From Acidobacteriota bacterium (GTDB lineage: Bacteria; Acidobacteriota; Vicinamibacteria; Vicinamibacterales; UBA2999), in contig JBKPNV010000013.1 in NCBI GenBank assembly GCA_046732795.1, positions 644 to 64,643 on the forward strand: a stretch of 64,000 bases of DNA, read 5' to 3'. The position numbers and the translations under genes were made by a program. The notes below the pieces were generated by a model that was given only the letters and a program-made list of their open reading frames with translations, was not told where the DNA came from and ran no database searches. Positions within the stretch are counted from its first letter, which is position 1. Every line of letters begins with the position of its first letter. Positions 27,719-36,016 of the stretch are shown one piece after another.

Positions 27719-30415
27719 ATGAGACGATTCGCTCTTCGAGTACTCAATCTCTTTCGCCGCGATCGGGCCGAGCGCGAACTCGCGCGTGAAGTCGATTCCC
27801 ACCTTGCGCTGCTCGAGGAGGAGCACATCCGCCGGGGCGTGACGCCCGATCAAGCGCGCGCCGCCGCGCGGCGCGCGATGGGCAGTGCGGCGCTTGCGAA
27901 TGACCTCCACCGTGACGCCCGATCGTTCGTGTGGATCGACGACATGCGGCAGGACCTGAGATTCGCGGCACGAATGCTGGCCCGTAACCCTGGATTCGCC
28001 GCGGTGGTCATCTTCACGATGGCCCTCAGCATCGGGGCGACCACGACGCTGTTCAGCCTCGCGTATGGCGTGTTGATGCGCCCGCTGCCATGGTCGGAGC
28101 CCGATCGCCTCGTCCGTCTTCAGGAAACGCGCGGAAGCCGGGTCGCACGCATTCCCTGGACGATATCGAATGCCGCCTATCTCGCGTGGCGCGAGCAAGC
28201 GTCATCCACGGTGGAAGAAGTGGGTGGGTGGTTCAGGTCGCGTCCCGTCACCGTCGACTACGGCAATGAGAGCGAGCGTCTGACCATCGGCGCGGTGACA
28301 CCGAGCCTGTTTCACGTGCTGCGCGCCCAACCCGAGATCGGGCGGTTGTTCATCGACTCCGATGCTCCGGACCAGCAGTCGCGAGTGCTCATGCTCGGAT
28401 ACGGATTGTGGCGGCGCCGGTTCGGTGGTCGCCCCGACGTGATCGGTGCGCTGGTACGCGTCGACGGTCAACCGTACACCATCGTCGGCGTCATGCCGCG
28501 GGAGTTTACGTTCCCGACAGCGGACACTCAGGCCTGGACCCCGTATCGCGTGCCGACGGTAAACGGTCAGGGTGGCGTGATTCGCCTGACCCTCTTTTCA
28601 GCGATCGCGAGACTGCGTCCTGGTGTGACCGTGGAACAGGCGGCGGCCGAAGCCACGTCCCGCGTGCGCGGAGCGCCGGACCTCAAGCAGGCAGCGATTG
28701 CGCTTTTTGGTACGAACGGTGAGCCAGCCCTGACGGCCGCGCCGGCGCTCGACGTCATCACGGCGCAGGTCCGGCCGGCGGTGATGATGCTGTTCGCCGC
28801 CGTCGGCCTGTTGTTCGTCGCCTCAACGGCGAGTCTTGTCGTGTTGCAGTTGGCGCGGGTTGCGCGGCGCCGGCGCGAGATTGCCGTGCGCTCGGCGATC
28901 GGTGCCGGATCGACGCGTCTGGTTCGTCAGTGGCTGGTCGAAAGTGCAATGCTCGGCACGATCGGGGCCGCGGCAGGGTTGGCCGCGGCCGCGTTGCTCC
29001 ACCGTGGCGTTCCCGCGATGCTGCCGGCTGGCTTTCCGCGCGTGGACGACATTCGCATCGACTGGCGCGTGGCCGCTTTCGCGTGCATTGTCGCGGGCGT
29101 CGCGAGCCTGGCATGCGGGATGGTGCCGGCGTTTGGCCGCCGCCGCGGCGAAGTCGTGGACGCGCTGAGCGACGGCCCTGCCACCACCGCGCCGGTGACG
29201 CGAACACGCGCGGCGCGTGTCCGTACGGTATTCATGGCGGCGCAGGTGTCGGTCGCCTGCATCCTGCTGGTCGGCGCCTCGCTGCTGATGCGGAGTTTCT
29301 CAGCGCTGCTCGCGGTCGATCGCGGGTTCGATCCGCATGGCACGCTGACGATGCGTATCCCGCTTCCCGGGAAGTGGACCTACGGCGACCACGCGGCGAT
29401 GCTCGACCGCCTGCAGCAGCGCCTTCAGGCGCTGCCTGGTGTAACCGACGTTGCCTTCGGCAACGCGCTGCCATTCGTGTCAGTCGGCATGTATCGCGGG
29501 ATGGATATGTACCTTCCGCGCGATCCGGCCACCAAAGCCGAGGTCCAGACGACGATCCAGGCTGTCACGCCGGAATACTTCCGCGCGATGCGCTTGCGTG
29601 TGATCGAGGGGCGGACGTTTCAATCATCAGATACCGACACGGCGTTGGCTGCCATCGTTGTGAACCGCACGTTTGCCTCGCAGTATCTCGGCGCCCGTCC
29701 CCTGGGTGAGCGGCTGAACCTCGGGATGGCCAACGTGCGCGAGACCGAGGTCGTCGGGGTGGTAGACGATATGCGTCTTGGCAGCACCAGCAGCGAGCCG
29801 GCCACGTTTGGCGGTGTCCTCGATCCGCCACTGGGCCAGATCTTCGTCCTGAACCGCCAGTGGCCGTTTCCGATCGAAGACCTGGTCATCGTTATTCGCA
29901 CCGCGGACGAGCCCGCCGCGCTTGCTGCGGCCGCCCGGACGATCATGCGCGAAGAGGAGCCGACCCTCCCGGTCGATTCGATCCTCACGATGGAGGATCG
30001 CGTGGCGGCGAGCCTGGCGGGGCCGCGCAGCTATGCGGTGTTTGTCGTCGGGTTCGCGATCTGCGCGCTGGCGATGGCGGGCGTCGGACTGTTCGGCGTG
30101 CTGTCGTACACGACGTCGCAACGGACGCGCGAAATCGGCTTGCGATGCGCGCTCGGTGCGCGGCGCTCCGACGTGCTCGCGCTGGTGGGGCAGCAGGCCG
30201 TCACGATCACCTGCGTCGGGCTGGCCGGTGGCCTGACCGCGGCGTTCTTCCTCTCGCAGTCACTCGCGACGTTGATCTATGGCATCTCGACGCGCGACGC
30301 GATCAGCTTCCTGGTGGTTCCGCTCGTGCTGATCGTCGTCTCGCTTGCGGCGTGTGCCGCGCCGGCCTGGCGCGCGACGAGGATTGATCCGCTGGTGGCG
30401 TTGCGAACCGAATGA
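27719..30415 (+). CDS. ADOP-type duplicated FtsX/MacB-like permease, paralog 4
   Basis: 'MRRFALRVLNLFRRDRAERELAREVDSHLALLEEEHIRRGV...'. Two FtsX modules ('RRREIAVRSAIGAGSTRL', 'RTREIGLRCALGARRSDV'). Ends 'DPLVALRTE'. Confidence 0.85.
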   Translation: MRRFALRVLNLFRRDRAERELAREVDSHLALLEEEHIRRGVTPDQARAAARRAMGSAALANDLHRDARSFVWIDDMRQDLRFAARMLARNPGFAAVVIFTMALSIGATTTLFSLAYGVLMRPLPWSEPDRLVRLQETRGSRVARIPWTISNAAYLAWREQASSTVEEVGGWFRSRPVTVDYGNESERLTIGAVTPSLFHVLRAQPEIGRLFIDSDAPDQQSRVLMLGYGLWRRRFGGRPDVIGALVRVDGQPYTIVGVMPREFTFPTADTQAWTPYRVPTVNGQGGVIRLTLFSAIARLRPGVTVEQAAAEATSRVRGAPDLKQAAIALFGTNGEPALTAAPALDVITAQVRPAVMMLFAAVGLLFVASTASLVVLQLARVARRRREIAVRSAIGAGSTRLVRQWLVESAMLGTIGAAAGLAAAALLHRGVPAMLPAGFPRVDDIRIDWRVAAFACIVAGVASLACGMVPAFGRRRGEVVDALSDGPATTAPVTRTRAARVRTVFMAAQVSVACILLVGASLLMRSFSALLAVDRGFDPHGTLTMRIPLPGKWTYGDHAAMLDRLQQRLQALPGVTDVAFGNALPFVSVGMYRGMDMYLPRDPATKAEVQTTIQAVTPEYFRAMRLRVIEGRTFQSSDTDTALAAIVVNRTFASQYLGARPLGERLNLGMANVRETEVVGVVDDMRLGSTSSEPATFGGVLDPPLGQIFVLNRQWPFPIEDLVIVIRTADEPAALAAAARTIMREEEPTLPVDSILTMEDRVAASLAGPRSYAVFVVGFAICALAMAGVGLFGVLSYTTSQRTREIGLRCALGARRSDVLALVGQQAVTITCVGLAGGLTAAFFLSQSLATLIYGISTRDAISFLVVPLVLIVVSLAACAAPAWRATRIDPLVALRTE

Positions 30416-30416
30416 A

Positions 30417-30500
30417 GTCCGGCTAGAGCCGGACACTACGACGCGTAGTGCCCGCCTTCAGGCAGACCGTGACCGACGTTGTGTCCGCCTTCAGGCGGAC
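30417..30500. repeat. Three family A REP units (one inverted, two direct)
   Basis: GTCCGGCTAGAGCCGGACACTAC (30417..30439), GTAGTGCCCGCCTTCAGGCAGAC (30445..30467) and GTTGTGTCCGCCTTCAGGCGGAC (30478..30500). They fill the whole convergent spacer between the ADOP4 stop and the aldo/keto reductase stop. Confidence 0.75.
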
Positions 30501-31555
30501 TAGCGAACAGGGCGCGTTGCGAGCGGCAAGCCCAGTGCCTCGTAAACCTTGCCATCCACGACACGCGGGTTGAACCAGTGCGGGTAGGGTGGCACAGGCT
30601 TGGTCGCCTCGTCGAGCTGCGTCAGTTCATCGGCGTCGAGCTTGACGTCCCCAGCTTTGAGGTTCTCGTCCAGCTGCGCGACGCTGGATGCGCCAATCAG
30701 AATCGATGACACCGCTGGACGCGTGAGCAACCAGGCGAGCGAGATCTGCGCTGGTGACGCAATGCGTTTCGCGCCCATTGAGCGAAGCAGGTCGAGCAGA
30801 TCGAAGGCGCGCTCGCGGTCGTAGGGGAGGAAGTCGAACCCGGAGAGTCGATCTGCGCTTTCGCCCTTCGGCTTGGTGCGTGAGTACTTGCCGCTCAGGA
30901 AGCCGCCGGCAAGCGGGCTCCACACCATGATGCCGATGCCGGCGTCAGTGCAGAGCGGGACGACCTCGTGTTCCAGATCGCGGCCGAGCAGGGAGTAGTA
31001 CATCTCCGCGGCACGGAACTGACTCCATCCGCGCGCACGCTGGATGGCCGCCGCTTTGGCGGCCATCCAGGCGGGCCAGTTCGAGAAGCCGACGTAGCGC
31101 ACCTTGCCCTGGCGTACGACGTCCTCGAGCGCTTCGATCGTTTCCTCGATCGGTGTGACCGCATCCACCTTGTGAACGAGGTACACGTCGATGTAATCGG
31201 TGCCGAGGCGGTTGAGGCTGCCGTTCACGGCGTCGAGGATATGACGACGTGAGAGCCCGGTCTCGACGAGAGACGGCCCCATGCGGTTGCCGACCTTCGT
31301 TGCAATGACGACTTCGTGGCGCCGTGTTCCGATCGCCTTGCCGAGCATGCGCTCGGACTCACCGCCGGCGTAGACATCCGCCGAGTTGAAGAAATTGATG
31401 CCCGCGTCGATCGCGCGCCCGACGAGCGCGTTCGCACCTGCCTGATCGACTTTGTAGACTGACGCGAAGGGCCCGGCCGCAGACCCGAATGTCATGCTGC
31501 CAAAGGCGAATCGCGAGACGACGAGCCCGGTATCACCGAGACGGATGTACTGCAT
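30500..31555 (-). CDS. Aldo/keto reductase family oxidoreductase
   Basis: 'MQYIRLGDTGLVVSRFAFGSMTFG' and 'GINFFNSADVYAGGESERMLGKAI' are AKR signatures. Start trimmed to ATG 31555. Confidence 0.85.
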   Translation of the reverse strand: MQYIRLGDTGLVVSRFAFGSMTFGSAAGPFASVYKVDQAGANALVGRAIDAGINFFNSADVYAGGESERMLGKAIGTRRHEVVIATKVGNRMGPSLVETGLSRRHILDAVNGSLNRLGTDYIDVYLVHKVDAVTPIEETIEALEDVVRQGKVRYVGFSNWPAWMAAKAAAIQRARGWSQFRAAEMYYSLLGRDLEHEVVPLCTDAGIGIMVWSPLAGGFLSGKYSRTKPKGESADRLSGFDFLPYDRERAFDLLDLLRSMGAKRIASPAQISLAWLLTRPAVSSILIGASSVAQLDENLKAGDVKLDADELTQLDEATKPVPPYPHWFNPRVVDGKVYEALGLPLATRPVR

Positions 31556-31620
31556 CTGGATCACACAGTCCCGTCGTGCTTGGTCCGTTCCTTTGGGCGT
31601 AGTGCCTGGTCCGTGTGGCA

Positions 31621-31658
31621 CTCAGACCAACAACCAAGCACTCAGGACCAACAACCAG
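31621..31658. repeat. Imperfect direct repeat CTCAG(G)ACCAACAACCAG x2 (period 20)
   Basis: ctcagaccaacaaccaag / ctcaggaccaacaaccagg, read directly. It lies between the sugar dehydrogenase stop and the AKR start, 66-103 bp upstream of the AKR start on the minus strand. Confidence 0.6.
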
Positions 31659-31676
31659 GAAGCAAGGTCTAAGGAC

Positions 31677-32912
31677 CTACTGATCGGCCGGTTCGATCTT
31701 CAGCACCATGCCGTCGCTGGCGGTGCCGCCGCTGGCGCCTTCGGTGGCAACGTAGATATATCCGTCGGGGCTCTGCTGCACGTCGCGGATACGCACGCCA
31801 AGAGGAATGAGCAATCCTTCGCGCCGCTCGGCCTGTGACGGCTGTGCAAACGCAACACGAATGAGCTGCTTGGTCGTCAGCGCGCCGACGAACAGGTTGT
31901 TCTTCCAGCGTGGGAACTTGTCGCCGGTGTAGAACATGATGCTCGACGGACTGATCGAGGGTACCCAGAACATGCGTGCGTTATCCATGCCCGGTTGCGC
32001 GAACGGTTGATCGGATACGAGCGTGCCGGTGTAGTTGCGTCCCATCGAGACGACGGGCCATCCGTAGTTGTGTCCCGGGGCGAGGACGTTGACCTCGTCG
32101 CCACCCATCGGGCCGATCTCCGCCTGCCACAGCTGACCGGTTTCAGGATTGACGGCAAGACCATATCCGTTGCGATGGCCGTAGGTGTAGATCTCCGGCT
32201 TGGCGCCGGGCTTTCCGACGAACGGATTGTCCGGCGGCACAGTGCCATCGTCCTTGAGACGCAGCGTCTTGCCGACGTGATTGTCGAGCGCCTGCGACTT
32301 CATGCGCAGGCTGTTGTCATCCGAGCCGTCCGCGCGCTTCTGTTGCGCGTTGCAGCAGATGCGATCGCGATCGCCGATGGTCACATACAGCATGCCGTCG
32401 GGGCCGAAGTACACGCGGCCGGCGAGGTTGCCGCCGGTCTCCCAGGCGTCGGCGACGAAGATCTCTTCGACGTCACCGAGTGAGGAGCCCTTGAGATGTC
32501 CGCGCGCGACCGCCAGCGTCGTGCCCTTCTCGCCCTGCTTCGGATACGTGACGTAGACCAGCTGGTTGTCCGCAAACTTCGGGTGCACGGCAACGAAGTG
32601 CAGCGAGTCGTTCGCTTGTCCCGCGGCCGTCGGTGACGTCCACACCGGTTGCGGCGCGAGCACACCGTTGCGGATGATCCGCAGCTTGCCGTTCTTCTCG
32701 GTGACGAGAATGGTGTTGGCGTCGGCGAAGGCGATGCCCCAGGGGTGGAACAAGCCGTTCGCCACGGTCACGACGCGGATTTTGCCGCCTTGGACATCAA
32801 GGATCTGCGGGCTCGTATCGCGCGCTGGCGCGGCCTGTTGGGCGCAGACGGGCAGAGCGAGCAGGACGGTGGCGATGACGTACGACACGGTTCTCACGAA
32901 GTGTTTCTTCAT
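31677..32912 (-). CDS. PQQ-dependent soluble sugar (glucose/sorbosone) dehydrogenase-like beta-propeller, secreted
   Basis: 'YTYGHRNGYGLAVNPETGQLWQAEIGPMGGDEVN' and 'GHNYGWP' are typical of the YliI/sGDH family. Signal peptide MKKHFVRTVSYVIATVLLALPVCAQQ. Start trimmed to 32912. Confidence 0.85.
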   Translation of the reverse strand: MKKHFVRTVSYVIATVLLALPVCAQQAAPARDTSPQILDVQGGKIRVVTVANGLFHPWGIAFADANTILVTEKNGKLRIIRNGVLAPQPVWTSPTAAGQANDSLHFVAVHPKFADNQLVYVTYPKQGEKGTTLAVARGHLKGSSLGDVEEIFVADAWETGGNLAGRVYFGPDGMLYVTIGDRDRICCNAQQKRADGSDDNSLRMKSQALDNHVGKTLRLKDDGTVPPDNPFVGKPGAKPEIYTYGHRNGYGLAVNPETGQLWQAEIGPMGGDEVNVLAPGHNYGWPVVSMGRNYTGTLVSDQPFAQPGMDNARMFWVPSISPSSIMFYTGDKFPRWKNNLFVGALTTKQLIRVAFAQPSQAERREGLLIPLGVRIRDVQQSPDGYIYVATEGASGGTASDGMVLKIEPADQ

Positions 32913-33023
32913 ATCGCCTCGACTAGGAGATTGGCGCGCATCGTAACATGGGCGATTGGTGGCGTTCCGGGTTCCACGTTCTCGTTCCGAGTTCGTATTT
33001 CCGTTCAGTTGCACGGTTCGGTG

Positions 33024-33073
33024 CCCCGAGTCCCGACTCCCGAGTCCCGACTCCCGAGTTCCGACCCCGAGTC
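33024..33073. repeat. Heptad tandem repeat (CCGASTC)n, C3-tract / GANTC-dense, in a divergent promoter region
   Basis: ccccgagtcccgactcccgagtcccgactcccgagttccgaccccgagtc. There are six C3+ runs (G-runs on the minus strand). Five GANTC sites sit at 33028, 33035, 33042, 33049 and 33069. Confidence 0.75.
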
Positions 33074-33129
33074 GCGTTCAAGTGAAATTATCCTTGATCT
33101 ATCGGTCTTACATTTAATAAGATGCATTC

Positions 33130-33438
33130 ATGACGCAGCCTGAGATCCCCCGCCTGCCACCCAAGGAGCGGCTGATCCTCGATCTGCTGATCGCCGAGGG
33201 CGGGTTGTTCGGACTTCAGCTGGTCACCTTGTCGCACGGCGCGCTCAAGCGGGGAACGGTGTACGTCACGCTGGGCCGCATGGAAGCCAAGGGCTTCATC
33301 CGGTCGGAACAGGAGGCCATGCCGCCCGGCGCAATCGGGTTGCCCCGCCGCATCTATTACCCGACGCCTCTCGGCGAGCGCGTCTTGCGGGCGTGGACTG
33401 TTCTGGCCCAGGAACTTCTTCCGGAGATGCAGCGATGA
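33130..33438 (+). CDS. PadR-like winged-helix transcriptional regulator (short form)
   Basis: 'ERLILDLLIAEGGLFGLQLVTLSHGALKRGTVYVTLGRMEAKGFIRSEQ' follows the PadR wHTH pattern. An AT-rich stretch lies immediately upstream. Its stop overlaps the next start as ATGA. Confidence 0.7.
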   Translation: MTQPEIPRLPPKERLILDLLIAEGGLFGLQLVTLSHGALKRGTVYVTLGRMEAKGFIRSEQEAMPPGAIGLPRRIYYPTPLGERVLRAWTVLAQELLPEMQR

Positions 33439-34259
33439 CCGCGTTCACGTCGAATCGTCAACCTGGTGAACGGCTCGTGAAACTGGCAGCTTTTCTGTTC
33501 GACGAGCCAACGCGTTCCACCTTCGTCATTCCTGCCCTGGCCGACTATCAACAGGAACTGGAGGAGGCTCGCAACAACACGATCAGGCGATCGATCGCGC
33601 ACGTGCGCGGCTATGCTGCATTCGCGCGGCTGCTCGTCGCGGCGCCGTTCATCGTGCCATCCGCTCCGATCGGCGGACCAGTGACCACGTTCGTCACCGG
33701 CCGGTACGGCGGCAACATGCTGCTCGTTCTCGCCGTTGCGCTGTTTGCCGCGATCCGTCCGCTTTTCGGGTGGTTCGCCGTGGCAGTGCTTGCGCTCGGC
33801 GTCGCGCTGGCCATTCTGCTGCGCCTCTGGAATACCCGTCATCCGGACGCGCGGGGTGGAGCGGCTGATCCGCTGTTGACACTGCTCATCGTGACGCTGT
33901 TCGCGGCGATCTGGTCGATGTTCGGCTGGTTCGTTCTCGCGGCGGTCGGCGGCGGCGTGATCATGGCGATCGCGTTGCGGCGGTGGAACACACGTCATCC
34001 CAGCCAGCTTGCACCCCGAGCGTCCACACCCGGCGCGGAAATCAATCTGTCGTCCATACCCGTCGCGGGCGACATCGGTGGGCTGCTCTTCGTCATCGGC
34101 GCAATCGTGACGGTCCTCCTCGGGCTCCCTGACATCCGCTGGTTCGTTCTCGGATCGGTCGTGGTCGGCGCCGTGCTGGCGGGCGGCCTGTTCGCGTGGC
34201 GTTCGTCGCAGACCAGCCGGCTCGCGCCGGTGAATTCGATCGATCCACGGCGCATCTAA
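33435..34259 (+). CDS. Multi-TM membrane protein with internal duplication, coupled to the PadR-like regulator
   Basis: ATG 33435 overlaps TGA 33436..33438. There are two paralogous segments: '...LFAAIRPLFGWFAVAVLALGVALAILLRLWNTRHP' and '...LFAAIWSMFGWFVLAAVGGGVIMAIALRRWNTRHP'. Confidence 0.6.
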   Translation: MTAFTSNRQPGERLVKLAAFLFDEPTRSTFVIPALADYQQELEEARNNTIRRSIAHVRGYAAFARLLVAAPFIVPSAPIGGPVTTFVTGRYGGNMLLVLAVALFAAIRPLFGWFAVAVLALGVALAILLRLWNTRHPDARGGAADPLLTLLIVTLFAAIWSMFGWFVLAAVGGGVIMAIALRRWNTRHPSQLAPRASTPGAEINLSSIPVAGDIGGLLFVIGAIVTVLLGLPDIRWFVLGSVVVGAVLAGGLFAWRSSQTSRLAPVNSIDPRRI

Positions 34260-34364
34260 CGGGCTTTTCTCATCGCAGCGCCGCTTCTTGGACCTTCATT
34301 CCTGGTCCAAGCTCGGTCCTCAGTGCACTGATCGCTCGTGCTTTTCGCCCTTACAATCGATCGT

Positions 34365-35012
34365 ATGCAACTTGTCTTCGAGCAGATTCGCGCTGGAGGC
34401 GATCGGAACTTTGGATACCTTCTCGGAGATCGCTCTGCCAGGCGCGCCGTCCTGATCGATCCGTCGTTTTCGCCGGACGCGTTCGTCACGCGCGCGACGG
34501 AGCAGGGGCTGGGCGTGTCGCACGTGATCAACACGCACGGCCATCCCGATCACACCAACGGCAACGAGCGGGCCATGAGCCTGACCGGGGTCGGGATTGC
34601 TGCCCATCCGCTGTTGCGGCCCGCAACCTCACTCGCCGACGGCGCGCGGCTCGCAATCGGGTCACTGTCGTTGCGATGCCTCCATGTGCCGGGGCACTGC
34701 GACGATCACATCGCTCTTTATGAAGAAACGAATCGGCTCCTGATCACGGGCGATCTGCTGTTCGTTGGCAAGGTTGGCGGTACAGGGTCGGACGAAGACG
34801 CACGCGTCGAGTGGAGAAGCCTGCAGCGGCTGGTCAGCGAAGTTCCCGATGACGCCACTGTATGGCCCGGGCACGACTACGGCGCGCGGCCGTCATCGAC
34901 GATAGCGCTGGAGAAGGCGACGAATCCATTTCTGCTGTGTCGCAGCGTGGACGAGTTCCTTCAGTTGAAACAGACCTGGGCGTCGTTCAAGAAGGAGCAC
35001 GGTCTGAAGTAA
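34365..35012 (+). CDS. MBL-fold metallo-hydrolase (glyoxalase II-like)
   Basis: 'NTHGHPDHTNGN' HxHxDH motif. 'HVPGHCDDH' and 'TGDLLF' are downstream metal ligands. Start trimmed to ATG 34365. Confidence 0.8.
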   Translation: MQLVFEQIRAGGDRNFGYLLGDRSARRAVLIDPSFSPDAFVTRATEQGLGVSHVINTHGHPDHTNGNERAMSLTGVGIAAHPLLRPATSLADGARLAIGSLSLRCLHVPGHCDDHIALYEETNRLLITGDLLFVGKVGGTGSDEDARVEWRSLQRLVSEVPDDATVWPGHDYGARPSSTIALEKATNPFLLCRSVDEFLQLKQTWASFKKEHGLK

Positions 35013-35119
35013 CTGTCGCTGGGTTGCTGGGTAGCCAGGTTGCCGGGGACTGCTTCGTCCACTTTACCCGGCTACGTGGATAACCCAGCCACCCAACGAC
35101 CTGATCACCCAGCCACCCG

Positions 35120-35926
35120 CTAACCACCTACTTTCTTCTGAATTTCGCGCGCTCGGTCGAGATGCTTTTGAACCGTGGGCATCACCTTTGCCGCCCACTG
35201 TGTCAGAGCCTCATCGCCGTGTCCGCGGCCCGTCGTTACGCCTTTTCCGGCCGGGGATTTCGCCGCTTCGTCCTGCCCGACGGGTCTGTTCGAGTTCTTG
35301 CTGACGCTCGGCAACCCTTCGTCGTGACCTGTGGTCGAGCGATCGCCCGACGCGCCATGCGCGCCCGACACGCCCGCTTCCGCTCGCGCGCGAAGCTTGC
35401 CCAGCACTTCTTCGTGCCCCATCACCATCGCGTTGATGTATTCACGATCGAACTCGGCGCCGCTTAGCTTCGACAGCTTGTCCGAGAGATCCTTATGCTT
35501 CTGGTCCACCTGTGCTGGGGGCTGAACCTTCAGCTGCGACGCGACCTGCTTGAGCTCATTGTTCGCCTGCGTGTGATCCTTCACCATCATCTGGCCGAAC
35601 GATTTCACGTCCGGGTTGCTGCCTTTCTCGCTCGCCATTTTTCCGAGTTGCACCTCAGCGAGGTTCGCGATTGTCAGGTCGTTGATGAACCCCTGAGCAT
35701 CGCTGTTTGCCGCGGCTCCGGGGTCAGCCGGATGCTGTGTCGGGGTACTACGGTCGCCCGATGGCGTGCGCGATCCTGGCTGCGCCGGTGAACTTGGCTG
35801 GCTCTGTCCTGGTGATGCAGGTGATGCCTGACCTGGTGCACCCTGCGGTCTGTCTTGTCCATAAAGGGCCCCGCCGGCCATCACGGCAAGGGCCATCACG
35901 ACTGTGCCGAATCCGATCCGTTTCAT
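35120..35926 (-). CDS. DUF4142-like (ferritin-like) secreted protein with low-complexity P/Q/S/G linker
   Basis: 'FINDLTIANLAEVQLGKMASEKGSNPDVKSFGQMMVKDHTQANNELKQVA' fits the DUF4142 pattern as I recall it. Signal peptide MKRIGFGTVVMALAVMAGGALYGQ. Confidence 0.65.
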   Translation of the reverse strand: MKRIGFGTVVMALAVMAGGALYGQDRPQGAPGQASPASPGQSQPSSPAQPGSRTPSGDRSTPTQHPADPGAAANSDAQGFINDLTIANLAEVQLGKMASEKGSNPDVKSFGQMMVKDHTQANNELKQVASQLKVQPPAQVDQKHKDLSDKLSKLSGAEFDREYINAMVMGHEEVLGKLRARAEAGVSGAHGASGDRSTTGHDEGLPSVSKNSNRPVGQDEAAKSPAGKGVTTGRGHGDEALTQWAAKVMPTVQKHLDRAREIQKKVGG

Positions 35927-36016
35927 ACACGCTCCTCCCAAAATCGGTTATGTGAGGAGGATGCAACTCGCACGCCCTCGCAGTGCTCGAGCCGGCGGGG
36001 GAATGGCAGCGGCGGA

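Noticed and set aside
19199-30500. Is the ADOP cluster a horizontally acquired island or mobile element?
   Set aside because: There are no integrase, transposase, tRNA or direct-repeat boundaries. By eye, base composition and codon style match the flanking housekeeping genes (glgB, ppi).
33024-33073. Could the heptad arrays (also 43544, 51505) be CRISPR arrays or minisatellite-encoded peptides?
   Set aside because: The period is 7 nt with no unique spacers and no cas genes, so they are not CRISPR. Reading frames through them give only low-complexity RVPSPE-type strings attached to implausible extensions.
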